Of a stretch of DNA of 64,000 nt, positions 20,084-31,226 are shown in pieces. The position numbers and the translations under genes are program-made. Each line of letters opens with the position of its first letter. Within the stretch, counting starts at the first letter, position 1. The notes beneath the pieces were generated by a model, which did no database searches, was not told the DNA's origin, and was given only the letters and a program-made list of their open reading frames with translations. This DNA is from Longimicrobiales bacterium (GTDB lineage: Bacteria > Gemmatimonadota > Gemmatimonadetes > Longimicrobiales > Gaopeijiaceae), in the NCBI GenBank assembly GCA_965219445.1, contig CBDCNQ010000003.1, forward strand, positions 64,001 to 128,000, in the 5' to 3' direction.

Positions 20084-21643
20084 CTATGCTTGCTCCAATG
20101 ACCCCGACTCGGACGGCTCCGCCGCCTGATGCAGTTTCATGTTAAGCATGCGCAGTGTCGCACCGACACCGGCGAGCACCTGGTTGGGGCTGACACCGCG
20201 CGTTCTCACTGTGCGTGGGCCATCCCGCCAGGTGATGAACACCTCGGTCAGCGCGCTGGTGCTGCCGCCCTTGGGGATGAGCAACTCGTAGTCCACCAGC
20301 TCCGGGAATTCGAAGCCGAGCGGAAAGACCTTCCGGATCGCGTCGACGAAGGCGTCAAATCCGCCGTTTCCCGATCCAGACGCGTCGTGGACCTCGTCGT
20401 TCACCTTCACCCGGATGCTCACGCTGGATGCGTGGTCCAGCTCACTGGTGATTGAACAGTCCAAGAGCTCGATGTGGCGGAAGTCCTTGCGCTCCAACAC
20501 GTCGGCGATGATGAACGGTAGATCCTCTGCCGTGATGGTTTCCTTCGAATCCCCCAGACTCACGATCCGTTTCAGCACTTCCGCCTGGTCTTCGGGAGAC
20601 AGGCTGATGCCCAGCTCCTCGAGGTTCTTCTTCAGCGACGCCTTTCCGCTCATTTTGCCGAGCGCGTAGCTGCGCCTACGATCGAAACGCTCTGGGCTCA
20701 ATGGCGTTTGATAAAGCCCCGCTTTGTGATCGCCGTCCGCGTGTATGCCGCTGGTCTGTGTGAACACGTCGGCGCCGATCACGGGGGCGTTGTCGGCGAC
20801 TCGCTTGCCCGAGAAGTTCTCCACCATCCGGCTGAGGGCGAGGATCTTGGTCTCGTCGATCGACAGGGTCATTCCCATCTTGTCGCGAACCGCGACCGCG
20901 ACTTCGGCGAGGGACACGTTGCCCGCCCGCTCCCCAAGGCAGTTCACCGTGCAGTGAATGGTGCGGATTCCGGCCTCGACCGCCCTCATGGCGTTGGCAG
21001 TCGCCAGCCCATAGTCGTTGTGCGGATGAAAGTCGAACGTCTCCTCGGGGAACCTCGCGATCATGTCGGACAGGCTCGCATGAACTTCATCCGGCGTCAT
21101 CACACCGAGCGTATCGGGCAACATGACATGCGCGACTCCCGTTCCCCGCAGTCCCTCCACGAGTCTGTAGACGTAATCGCGGCTGTCCCGATACCCGTTG
21201 GACCAATCCTCCAAGTACACGTTGACTGTAAGCCCCTGCTCACGTGCATATTCAACCGTGCGAAGAATGTCTTCGAGATGTTGTTCGAGGGTTCGCCGCA
21301 ACTGCATGCGGCAGTGCCGCTCGCTGCCCTTGGTGAGCAGGTTCATCACATGCGCGCCGGTCGATACGATCCAGTCCGCACTTCGGCGTTCGTCGACGAA
21401 TCCCAGGATCTCGACCCGGTCTAGGCAGCCTCCGGCAGCCGCCCAATCCGCGATCCGGGTGACGGCTTCTTTTTCACCTGCGGACACGGCGGCCGAGGCG
21501 ACCTCGATACGATCGACCTGCAGCGAGCCGAGCAAGGCCCCGGCGATGCTGACCTTTTCCGACGTGGAGAACGAAACGTCGCGGGTCTGCTCGCCGTCCC
21601 GCAGTGTGGTGTCCATCAACTCAACGTGATCGCTGGTATTCAT
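20084..21643 (-). CDS. cimA: Citramalate synthase / 2-isopropylmalate synthase family enzyme with regulatory domain
   Basis: DTTLRDGEQT, YLEDWSNG, LPDTLG, HPHND, GERAGN, GIHADGD, YALGK; resembles the Leptospira/Bacteroidota CimA type. Confidence 0.82.
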   Translation of the reverse strand: MNTSDHVELMDTTLRDGEQTRDVSFSTSEKVSIAGALLGSLQVDRIEVASAAVSAGEKEAVTRIADWAAAGGCLDRVEILGFVDERRSADWIVSTGAHVMNLLTKGSERHCRMQLRRTLEQHLEDILRTVEYAREQGLTVNVYLEDWSNGYRDSRDYVYRLVEGLRGTGVAHVMLPDTLGVMTPDEVHASLSDMIARFPEETFDFHPHNDYGLATANAMRAVEAGIRTIHCTVNCLGERAGNVSLAEVAVAVRDKMGMTLSIDETKILALSRMVENFSGKRVADNAPVIGADVFTQTSGIHADGDHKAGLYQTPLSPERFDRRRSYALGKMSGKASLKKNLEELGISLSPEDQAEVLKRIVSLGDSKETITAEDLPFIIADVLERKDFRHIELLDCSITSELDHASSVSIRVKVNDEVHDASGSGNGGFDAFVDAIRKVFPLGFEFPELVDYELLIPKGGSTSALTEVFITWRDGPRTVRTRGVSPNQVLAGVGATLRMLNMKLHQAAEPSESGSLEQA

Positions 21644-21869
21644 GCTTGTCTGGCCATCGTCCGGCCGGTCTCTCCGTGTCGTCGAAAAATCACCGAAGAA
21701 ACGGACTCTAACGGTTCAGGGATAGGCATCAAAGAGGGATGGTGACGGCGCCGGGTAGGGGAACCTCCTTGTCGGCCGCTGGGCACAATCGTACCATGCC
21801 TCTCAGCTCCGGTGGTCGGTTGGATCACCTATCCATGAGGTGTTCAAGTACTGCAAAAAGGGGGCTGTC

Positions 21870-22625
21870 ATGAGGTATCTGCTTGCCGTCGTCGCGTTGC
21901 TCCTGTCGAGCGGGACCGCGCTGGCCCAGTCGACGTCCGTGATGATCGACGACCTTACGACGACCGAGGTGCAGGCGGCGATCGACGCCGGCAAGACCAC
22001 GGCCATTTACTACGTTGGGGGGACCCATCAGAGTGGCCCGGCGGTGGCGCTCGGGAAGCACAATCTGCTCAGCGCGCACCTCTCCCGGCGCGTCGCAGAG
22101 ACGCTGGGTAACGCGCTCGCATATCCGCCGAATCCCTACGCCCCGGCCGGCGACCCGATCGAGAAAACCGGGCACATGCGCTTCGCCGGGACCATCAGCG
22201 TATCGCACGAGACGCTCGCGGCGGTTTCTCGCGATGTCGCCGTCAGCGCGCTGGCGGTCGGCTTCACCCATGTCGTTATGTTGGGCGACCATGCCGAGAC
22301 GCAGGGGGTCATCAGAGAGGTCGCCACAGAGCTAGACGCCGAGTGGCGGGCGATGGGCGGTCGCGTGTTCTTTATCCCGGTCTATGAGGAAGGTGAGGGA
22401 CGGATGCGGGAGATCCTGGCAGCGCGCAACGTGCCCACCAACCGGATGACGCCGATCGACGATGCCAGCGAAATGATGGCGCTCAGCGCGGACGGCCGGT
22501 GGGTGCGCCCGGACCAGCTCGCAGACGACATCGCCGCGGTCGCTTCGGAGGAGCTCGGCAGACGGTTCATCGACGGCAAAGTCGAGGTGGCGGTGGCGAG
22601 TATTCGGGAATTGGTAGGCCGATAG
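21870..22625 (+). CDS. Exported creatininase-family protein
   Basis: DLTTTEV, GGTHQSGPAVALGKHN, FAGTISV, LGDH; signal peptide. Confidence 0.75.
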   Translation: MRYLLAVVALLLSSGTALAQSTSVMIDDLTTTEVQAAIDAGKTTAIYYVGGTHQSGPAVALGKHNLLSAHLSRRVAETLGNALAYPPNPYAPAGDPIEKTGHMRFAGTISVSHETLAAVSRDVAVSALAVGFTHVVMLGDHAETQGVIREVATELDAEWRAMGGRVFFIPVYEEGEGRMREILAARNVPTNRMTPIDDASEMMALSADGRWVRPDQLADDIAAVASEELGRRFIDGKVEVAVASIRELVGR

Positions 22626-22660
22626 ACGCGGCTGGCACTCCGGGAACTACGTGGCGCCCA

Positions 22661-23326
22661 TCAGGACCCCTTCTCCCGGAAGCCGATCCGGTGGTAAGGG
22701 TTCACGACGCTCGTCGCCACGTTCTTGAGGTGCGCGCTGACCCGTTTCAGATACCGCAGGTAGAGTGCCACGGTGGTCGCATGCCCCGACCGTCCCGACA
22801 ACGCCTCACCCGAGCACAAGGCCCGCACGTGCTCGTCCACCTGGGATGCGATGATGGTGTGAGACCCTATGATGCCCCTGGCCTTGGCTTCGTCGGATTC
22901 CTCGAGGCATGGCGCGATGTCGTCGAACATCCGAACCATGGACTTCTCGATCTCAGCCACTTCGCTGTGTAGCTCGAGCCCGTTGAACGGCCCCGGAACC
23001 GCACCCGCCAACTCCACGATGTTCTTGGTGTAGTCGCCGATTCGCTCGATATCGATGACGATCGCGGTAAGCACCAGCCCCAGGTTGATGTCCGGCTTGG
23101 ACGACACGGACATGTGCGTCACGATCTTCCGACGAACTCTCCGTTCGTACTTGTTGATCTGCTGATCACGCTTGTAGATGTCGGTCTCCAAGGCGCCCTC
23201 CGCGTGGAGCTGCTCGACGGCGTGGTCGAACATGTCGTGGGAGGCCCGAAGCATCAGAAGGGCCTCGTCGTACGCCTCCTGCAGCGGGCCTTGAGACCTG
23301 AACAGCGTGACAATTTCCTTCCACAT
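22661..23326 (-). CDS. PhoU-domain protein
   Basis: DQQINKYE, DIERIGDYTKNI, LKRVSAHLKN; follows the Na/Pi symporter. Confidence 0.88.
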   Translation of the reverse strand: MWKEIVTLFRSQGPLQEAYDEALLMLRASHDMFDHAVEQLHAEGALETDIYKRDQQINKYERRVRRKIVTHMSVSSKPDINLGLVLTAIVIDIERIGDYTKNIVELAGAVPGPFNGLELHSEVAEIEKSMVRMFDDIAPCLEESDEAKARGIIGSHTIIASQVDEHVRALCSGEALSGRSGHATTVALYLRYLKRVSAHLKNVATSVVNPYHRIGFREKGS

Positions 23327-23344
23327 GGCTTGCTAACCTTTCGG

Positions 23345-24457
23345 CTACAGAATGAAGTAGAGAATTGGGATGATGTGGAGCAAAACGTATATCGTCATCA
23401 CACCCGCCGAGCTGATCCTGGTCCGAGCCGCATACGCGCCGACCTTCTGTGCCATCCAGATGGGAGCCGCTCGCAGCGGATAGAAGATTGCGATCCCCAG
23501 CAGATTGAAGCAGAGGTGGGCAAGAGCCACGGTCACCGCAGCGGGGCTAGCTGTCGAGAATGAAGCCAGAATCGCGGTAATCGTCGTTCCGATATTGGCT
23601 CCGAGCGTGTAGGGGAAGATCTGCCTGAGCGACAGAACCCCGGTCCCTGCCAGCGGGACGATCAGCGAAGTCGTCGCTGAGCTGCTCTGCACCGCCGCGG
23701 TCGTCACGATACCGAGACCGAAGCTGGCGACGTCGTTCCGAAAGAGGACCCGATCGAAGAGTGCTGCCATCCTTTCCAGGAACACGCCCCGCATGAGGCG
23801 CATCAGCCGCTGAAGGGCAACGAAGAGGATGAGGAGCGCGATGCCGATGAGCGGCAACTCATAGGGAACCGCCCCGGCCACCCAATCGGAGAGCGGCCTC
23901 ACGGCGGCGTTGAGCGGGCTGGCGAGACTCATCCCACCGGCGCCCGCGAAGAGACCCTGTAGGATCACCGCCATCCTTTCTACCGGATGGAAGAAAACCT
24001 CCACCGGCAAGATGACCGCCGCCGCGAGGACATTGAAGAAGTCGTGCACCGTCGATGCCGCGAACGCCCGCTCGAATTCCGTAGGACGCGTGATGTGCCC
24101 CATGGAGACGAGCGTATTCGTGGTCGTGGTTCCGATGTTCGCGCCCATGAGCATGGGCACCGCCAGGCCGATCGTGAGCGCCTGTGATGCGACCAGGCCG
24201 ACGATGATGGTCGTGGTGGTGGACGAGCTCTGGATCAGGCTCGTCGCCAGAAACCCGATGAAGAGACCCGCCACCGGATCCGAGGCTGTGTTCAGAATCT
24301 GTTCTGCGAAGCCACGGCCGCCCATCCCGAACGCCGTGCTCATCAGCTCTATGCTGAAGAAGAACAGGTAGAGCAGAGCGAGAAAGTAGCCGACGAGGCC
24401 GATCGTTCGGGCCGGGCTGGTCTCTGGTGGGGGGTGCAAAGTGGTCAGTTCGGGCAC
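23345..24457 (-). CDS. Na+/phosphate symporter (SLC34/NptA family)
   Basis: Two QSSS motifs, two GANIGTT motifs, HDFFN; start uncertain (GTG 24457 chosen). Confidence 0.9.
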   Translation of the reverse strand: MPELTTLHPPPETSPARTIGLVGYFLALLYLFFFSIELMSTAFGMGGRGFAEQILNTASDPVAGLFIGFLATSLIQSSSTTTTIIVGLVASQALTIGLAVPMLMGANIGTTTTNTLVSMGHITRPTEFERAFAASTVHDFFNVLAAAVILPVEVFFHPVERMAVILQGLFAGAGGMSLASPLNAAVRPLSDWVAGAVPYELPLIGIALLILFVALQRLMRLMRGVFLERMAALFDRVLFRNDVASFGLGIVTTAAVQSSSATTSLIVPLAGTGVLSLRQIFPYTLGANIGTTITAILASFSTASPAAVTVALAHLCFNLLGIAIFYPLRAAPIWMAQKVGAYAARTRISSAGVMTIYVLLHIIPILYFIL

Positions 24458-24613
24458 CAGGGGCAGGTCCTCTTGTAAGGGCAGCGACGACACGGTGAGC
24501 GAGACGCGGAGAAAGTACAGGATTTCCACCACCCGGAAAGACCGCCCGTGATCGCTACACCGAGTCCGTGAGATCCTTGCAGCCTCAGGCGCCCTAGACG
24601 CATCTTGTGCGCC

Positions 24614-25081
24614 ATGTCTGACGCCTTCGAACGAAGCCCCCGGCAGCACATTCTGTTCCTTTGTGTCGCGAATTCCGCACGGAGCCAAATGGCCGAGGGC
24701 CTCGCCCGGCAGATTCTCGGCGAACGGGCCGAAGTGTCGAGCGCTGGCTCGAATCCCGCTTCGTTAAGTTCTCATGCGGTGGAGGCGATGGCCGAGATCG
24801 ATATCGACATCACTGGTCACTTTTCAAAGTCCGTGGACACGATCGATCTATCTGGCCTCGACCTGGTGGTGACGCTTTGCGCCGAGGAGGTCTGCCCGAT
24901 CCTGCCGGCACGAGTTCGGCGGCTGCACTGGCCGATCCCCGACCCCGCCGCACAAGACCGCGGTGAACCGAAAGCACATTTCCGCGCCGCCCGCGAGGTG
25001 ATCCAAGAGAAGATCGAGGCTCTGGCGGAGACGCTCGAGGACTCCGCGAAGACCTCGACGACCGACTCCAGCCATGTATAG
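24614..25081 (+). CDS. arsC: Arsenate reductase (LMW-PTP fold)
   Basis: [14 protein letters not shown]-loop, [15 protein letters not shown]. Confidence 0.88.
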   Translation: MSDAFERSPRQHILFLCVANSARSQMAEGLARQILGERAEVSSAGSNPASLSSHAVEAMAEIDIDITGHFSKSVDTIDLSGLDLVVTLCAEEVCPILPARVRRLHWPIPDPAAQDRGEPKAHFRAAREVIQEKIEALAETLEDSAKTSTTDSSHV

Positions 25082-25220
25082 AATCATCTTCCCCGTCGTC
25101 ATCTCGCTGGCCGCAGGGCTCCAGGCCCAGGCAGTCCAGTTCACTCACGCGGACACGCTACGCGGCTCGGACGGGCCGGCCCGTTCCTGGTGGGACGTGA
25201 CGTTCTACGATCTGCACGTC
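25074..25220 (+). pseudogene. M1 aminopeptidase 5' fragment (signal peptide plus first residues, 49 codons)
   Basis: [49 protein letters not shown]; start overlaps the arsC stop. Confidence 0.85.
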
Positions 25221-25987
25221 GTGTTCTTGGCCGTAAGGCACCGAGTACGTCCTCCACTGAGGACATGACCCGCAGCTCGCCGGTGACCAGCGCGGATCCT
25301 TCGGTGGTCGTGCCCCGCCTCACGCTCGTGGACTTTCACATTGTGTCCAACAAGATGGGAGGGGAGCAGGAGGTCGGCGTACGGATCACGCGGGCCAGCA
25401 GCTCCGTTGACGGTCACTGCCGGGCGCCTGGAGGGGGTGCGGCACTCTTGCGGCCGTTCGCGGAAGCGACCCTGGACGCCGTCGGTCGGCTTACCCAGCG
25501 GGGCCGAAGGCGATTATCCCTCGTGCTCAGGGATGTGCGACGCTTCAGGAGGCGGGGTGATGAGGGGGTAGTGGTGCTCGTTGAGGCGAAAGTGGACGGT
25601 CGCAAGACGCTATGGTCGGGTGCGGCGTTCTCCGCTGATTCGTTCGAACGGGCATCCGTCGCGGCGGTTCTCCAGGCTACGAACGCGTTCGTGGCGGGTG
25701 ACCTGGAAATCACACAAGCGGACCGCCCCCCGACCGGTCCGGCGGCTCCCCAGGACCGATCCCCTCAGGAGCCATCGGACTCACCCAAGCCGTCAGACTC
25801 CACCATACCTTCCGACTCGCCAAGGCCATCGGACTCGTCGAGATCATGGGATTCGTCGAGGGGATCGGATTCGCCAACGACGGTGGACTCGCCGAAGGCA
25901 CCGGCTCCGGACGACTATGTAAGTGAGGTGCTGTCGCGAATTCAGTCTACCCGTAGGCGGGACCCGGCGCGGCCCTCATCAGGCTGA
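25220..25987 (+). pseudogene. Hypothetical protein, 3' part
   Basis: RLTLVDF..VGVRI..FAEATLDAV..VLQATN parallels the first-half domain of 17054-18089; no good start of its own. Confidence 0.75.
25772..25897 (+). repeat. Seven degenerate 18-bp (6-aa, PSDSPK-like) coding repeats
   Basis: PSDSPK PSDSTI PSDSPR PSDSSR SWDSSR GSDSPT TVDSPK. Confidence 0.85.
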
Positions 25988-26880
25988 CTATCGATAGGCT
26001 GACTTCGATTTTGCAGAGCGCGACCCACGAGGACCGTGATGTTGTCGCTGCCCCCATCGTCCAGAGCGTCCCGTAGTAGGTCTTCGCACACCTGCTTGGC
26101 GGAGGTCATGGATCGTAGCCGCTCGGCGATCAGTTCATCCGGTACGTGCTTGGTCAGTCCATCGCTGCAAAAGAGGTGTACGTAGTCCCAATCCTGGTCG
26201 ATTCCAGTGACAACGGGGGTCGCTTCCGAACCCCCGATGGCACTCGCGAGCACGTTGGAAAGCGGCGACTTGGACGCCTCGGTCCGAGAGAATACGTCGT
26301 CGTCGACCAGCACCTGAGCCAGCGTCTGATCCCTGGAGATCTGCGTCAGCTCACCGTCCCTCAGGATGTAGTATCGGCTGTCCCCAACCTGGAGGAGGTA
26401 GGCGCGCGGCCACACGAAGAGCATGAGCGTGAGCGTCGTGGCCATCGCCTTTCCCGACTCGGCGACGCGACGCTCGCGAAGATCCTCGTGGCAGTGGAGT
26501 GCCGCGTCGGCGAGGGCCTGGGTAAAGGCCTGATCGTCGGTAGGATCGGCCGTGTAATAGCAGTCCATGCTCCCAGCGGCGTACTGGCTCACGGCCTCCA
26601 GCGCCCGCCGGCTCGCGGCCTCACCCTCCGGTCCGCCTCCGACCCCATCGGCAATCAACATCAAGAAGGCGAGGCGCTCCGTCTCTCCGTGCAGCCTATT
26701 CGTGTCGGGCAGGCTGGTCTGATGCACCTCCATGCGTTTCTGGAGCGAGGAAATGAGAAAGTGGTCCTGATTCTCCTTTCGCACCTTCCCCGGGTGGGTG
26801 AGACCGTAGACGTCGATCTGGTCGTCGGTGGGCTTTCGGCCGACGGCCCGAGCCTTTTGCACATTTTCGATCACGGTCAT
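25942..26880 (-). CDS. PP2C-family Ser/Thr protein phosphatase
   Basis: GKVRKENQD, IADGVGG, QVGDSR, SRDQT, CSDGL, GGSDNIT. Confidence 0.93.
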   Translation of the reverse strand: MTVIENVQKARAVGRKPTDDQIDVYGLTHPGKVRKENQDHFLISSLQKRMEVHQTSLPDTNRLHGETERLAFLMLIADGVGGGPEGEAASRRALEAVSQYAAGSMDCYYTADPTDDQAFTQALADAALHCHEDLRERRVAESGKAMATTLTLMLFVWPRAYLLQVGDSRYYILRDGELTQISRDQTLAQVLVDDDVFSRTEASKSPLSNVLASAIGGSEATPVVTGIDQDWDYVHLFCSDGLTKHVPDELIAERLRSMTSAKQVCEDLLRDALDDGGSDNITVLVGRALQNRSQPIDSQPDEGRAGSRLRVD

Positions 26881-27046
26881 TGGCCCCCCTTGGCGGCGCT
26901 CGAACTTGGCGGCAGATGGGCCATCCGGCCCCCATGCACGGTACCCTCACGGGGCTGGGGATTATGGGTGCCGGCATCCCACGCAGCAAGAGCGAGGCGG
27001 TGCCCGCTTTTTGTCATCCACGGGCCAGAGCCGGTAGAATGACCCC

Positions 27047-27965
27047 ATGCCTACGATCCACTCCCTTCCGGACGACCGCGACATCGAGGTCGCCGACGGC
27101 GAAACCATCCTCGCCGCCTCGCTGCGGGCCGATATTCCGCACGCCCATGCGTGTGGAGGTCAAGCTCGTTGTTCGACATGTCGGGTACTCGTACTCGAAG
27201 GCGTCGAGATGTGCGGTTCCCGTACGGAGCGCGAGGAGAGGCTCGCCGAGCAGTTACGCTTCGGTGAGAACGTGCGTCTGGCGTGCCAAACGACCGTGCA
27301 CGGGGACCTATCGATCCGACGGCCAGTCGTGGATAGGGTCGATCTTGCGCTGGCCAATCTTCTGGATCGGAGCCAGGCCACCGAACAGGTGGGGGAAGAA
27401 ATGCGTCTGGCGGTCCTGTTCGCGGACATCAGCCACTACACTTCATTCGCGGAACGCTTGCTGCCGTACGATGTGACCCATGTGCTGAACCGGTATTTCT
27501 TTCTTATGGCCGAAGTCATTCAGTCCCACGGTGGGCACGTCAGTGACTACATCGGGGACGGCCTGATGGCCCTGTTCGGCATCCATGGTGACGGCGACCA
27601 GGCGGCTCGCGCGGTCCGGGCAGGCCTAGGCATAGTTCGAGGTGCTGGGCGAACTCAACCCCTACGTCCAGACAATGTACGGACGAGAACTCGACATTCG
27701 GGTGGGCATCCACGTGGGGGACGCCGTAGTGGGCACGATCGGCATCGCTCCCATGGAGAAGCTGGCGGCCATCGGCGATGCGGTGAACTTTGCCAGCCGG
27801 ATCGAGGCAGCGAACAAAGAAGTCGAGACCCGCTTTCTCGTGTCGGAGGACACAGTGGCCCAGCTGGACGAGAGTTTCCAGATCGGTCGCAGCTTCGAAC
27901 TGCCCGTCAAGGGCAAGTCGGGGACGCACATGCTGTACGAAGTGGTGGGGCTCGGCTCCGACTGA
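27047..27965 (+). pseudogene. [2Fe-2S] ferredoxin-fused class III adenylate/guanylate cyclase, frameshifted near 27634
   Basis: CGGQARCSTC..RLACQ; LFADI, YIGDGLMA in the first frame; RVGIHVG, IGDAVNFASRIE, VKGK in the second frame. Confidence 0.88.
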
Positions 27966-27989
27966 TGCCTCGGGCGCCGCGACAGGGAC

Positions 27990-29597
<1,608 letters not shown>

Positions 29598-29804
29598 GAC
29601 GACTCCTGGGTATGGCGGAGAAAACTCGATGTGGAGCAAACGTTAGGCTCCGGCGTCCGATTCCCGCTTCTGCCGCGTGTCCAAGATGCGGAACGCGAGC
29701 GAAGTGTGCGACCCTAGCCGGTCGTCATCACGGCCGACGTGCGTTGGTGCGCATTCGACTGAACGTGAAGGGTGTAGACTTCTAGGATCCGTGCGGCAGA
29801 TCTT

Positions 29805-31220
29805 TCAGCGGGCGGCTTCAAAAGCCAGAAAATCCAGCACCGAGTCGTAGGTCGGGGCATCCCCGGCCGCCTGACCATCCAGGTTGGTTGCATTGACGTC
29901 AATGCCCAACTCCACCGCCAACTGTACGGCTTCGAGAGTGAGAGCCTCCAGCTCGTCCGGATCCGGATTGACGAAGGTACGCACTCTCCTCGAGCCACCC
30001 ATCCCGACTGCTGCCATGAGGGCAGTCGTCGCCTCGGTCCTGCCGCCGGCCCCAAGCGTCCCAGAGGAAGCCACATAGTTGACTTGATGCACGAAAAGAG
30101 GATCCGCCCCGTGCTCCACGAGAAGGCGCATGACCCCGGGTTGGCTGAACCGCGCCGCGAGCCAAAACGGTGTCGCTCCGATCAGAGCCGGGTGAAAGTG
30201 CCAATCGGCCGATGCACGGCGCGTGGGAGTCCAATTCGTGACTCGAGCGTTCGCATCGGCCCCATGCTCAAGAAGCGAACGCACCAGGTTCTCGTCTCGA
30301 CGCATGATCGCCGCATGGAGCGCAGAGAACCCAGCCCCAGCCGCGTTCGGGTCGGCGCCCTCGTCGAGCATGAATTCTACCAGATCGTTAAATGCGGAAT
30401 GGGCGGCCAGAACCGTGACACTGGCGCCCCGCGCATCGACATCATTTACGTCCGCACCCGCATTCACGAGCATCCTTGCGGAGGCGAAATCGCCCACCCG
30501 AGCCGCGAACGTCAGCGCCGTGTTGGCTCCGTGGGGGACGTCCTGCTGATTCCCCGTATGGGGGGGGACGGCCATGACCATGCTCCACGTCTCCGACCGC
30601 GCGTGCACGTCCGCTCCGTATTCGAGCAACACGCCCACCACATCGGAATGCCCTTGGGAGGCCGCCCACATGAGCGCGGTCTGGCCGCGCGTTGCGCTGA
30701 TGTTCGGGTCGGCGCCCGCGGCGAGTAGCTGCTCCACCACCTGGGGATTGCCCGTGCGAGACGCTGTCATGATGGGGGCCTCGCCGGAGAGGAGAGCCAC
30801 GTTCGGGTCCGCTCCGGCCGCGAGCAGGCTCCGAACCATCCGCGCACTTCCGTTCAAGCTCGCAATCCAGAGGGGCGTTGCGCCGAGCTCATTCGCCGCG
30901 CTTACGTAGGCGTTCGCTCGGATCAGGAGTTCGGCGGTCTCGACATCGTCCCAGTAGCTGGCCCAGTGAAGGGCGGTCGCTCCGTCCGGGGCGGTGGCCG
31001 TGACGTCCGCGCCCTGCTCGACCAAAGCCCGGACCGTCTCCCAGTCCCCATCCTTCGCCGCCTCGATCAAGGGCGGCGGGTCGGCGACACCGGCTCCCAC
31101 GAGAACCAGCGCCAAGCCCAAGGGAATCAACACGGCTATCCCTCTTCGTTCCAGCTTACGGGATCGTGGGCTCTGGCGCTCCCGGTGTCTATCAATCATC
31201 GGTACACTCCACGTACTCAT
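29805..31220 (-). CDS. Exported ankyrin-repeat protein
   Basis: Multiple GATALHWA / GQTALMWA / LLxxGADxN repeats; N-terminal hydrophobic segment. Confidence 0.92.
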   Translation of the reverse strand: MSTWSVPMIDRHRERQSPRSRKLERRGIAVLIPLGLALVLVGAGVADPPPLIEAAKDGDWETVRALVEQGADVTATAPDGATALHWASYWDDVETAELLIRANAYVSAANELGATPLWIASLNGSARMVRSLLAAGADPNVALLSGEAPIMTASRTGNPQVVEQLLAAGADPNISATRGQTALMWAASQGHSDVVGVLLEYGADVHARSETWSMVMAVPPHTGNQQDVPHGANTALTFAARVGDFASARMLVNAGADVNDVDARGASVTVLAAHSAFNDLVEFMLDEGADPNAAGAGFSALHAAIMRRDENLVRSLLEHGADANARVTNWTPTRRASADWHFHPALIGATPFWLAARFSQPGVMRLLVEHGADPLFVHQVNYVASSGTLGAGGRTEATTALMAAVGMGGSRRVRTFVNPDPDELEALTLEAVQLAVELGIDVNATNLDGQAAGDAPTYDSVLDFLAFEAAR

Positions 31221-31226
31221 GGGAGA

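Larger units (their letters stand above)
17054..25220. other. Inverted segment (~8.17 kb) with intragenic breakpoints
   Basis: Re-inversion at GA 17054-55 / TC 25219-20 gives in-frame YDLHV-TIDSANERIEGWN (M1) and AEELI-RVLGRKAP (hypothetical). Confidence 0.88.

Noticed and set aside
26880..27476. 198-aa plus-strand ORF
   Set aside because: Alternative frame over the ferredoxin-cyclase; no coherent composition.
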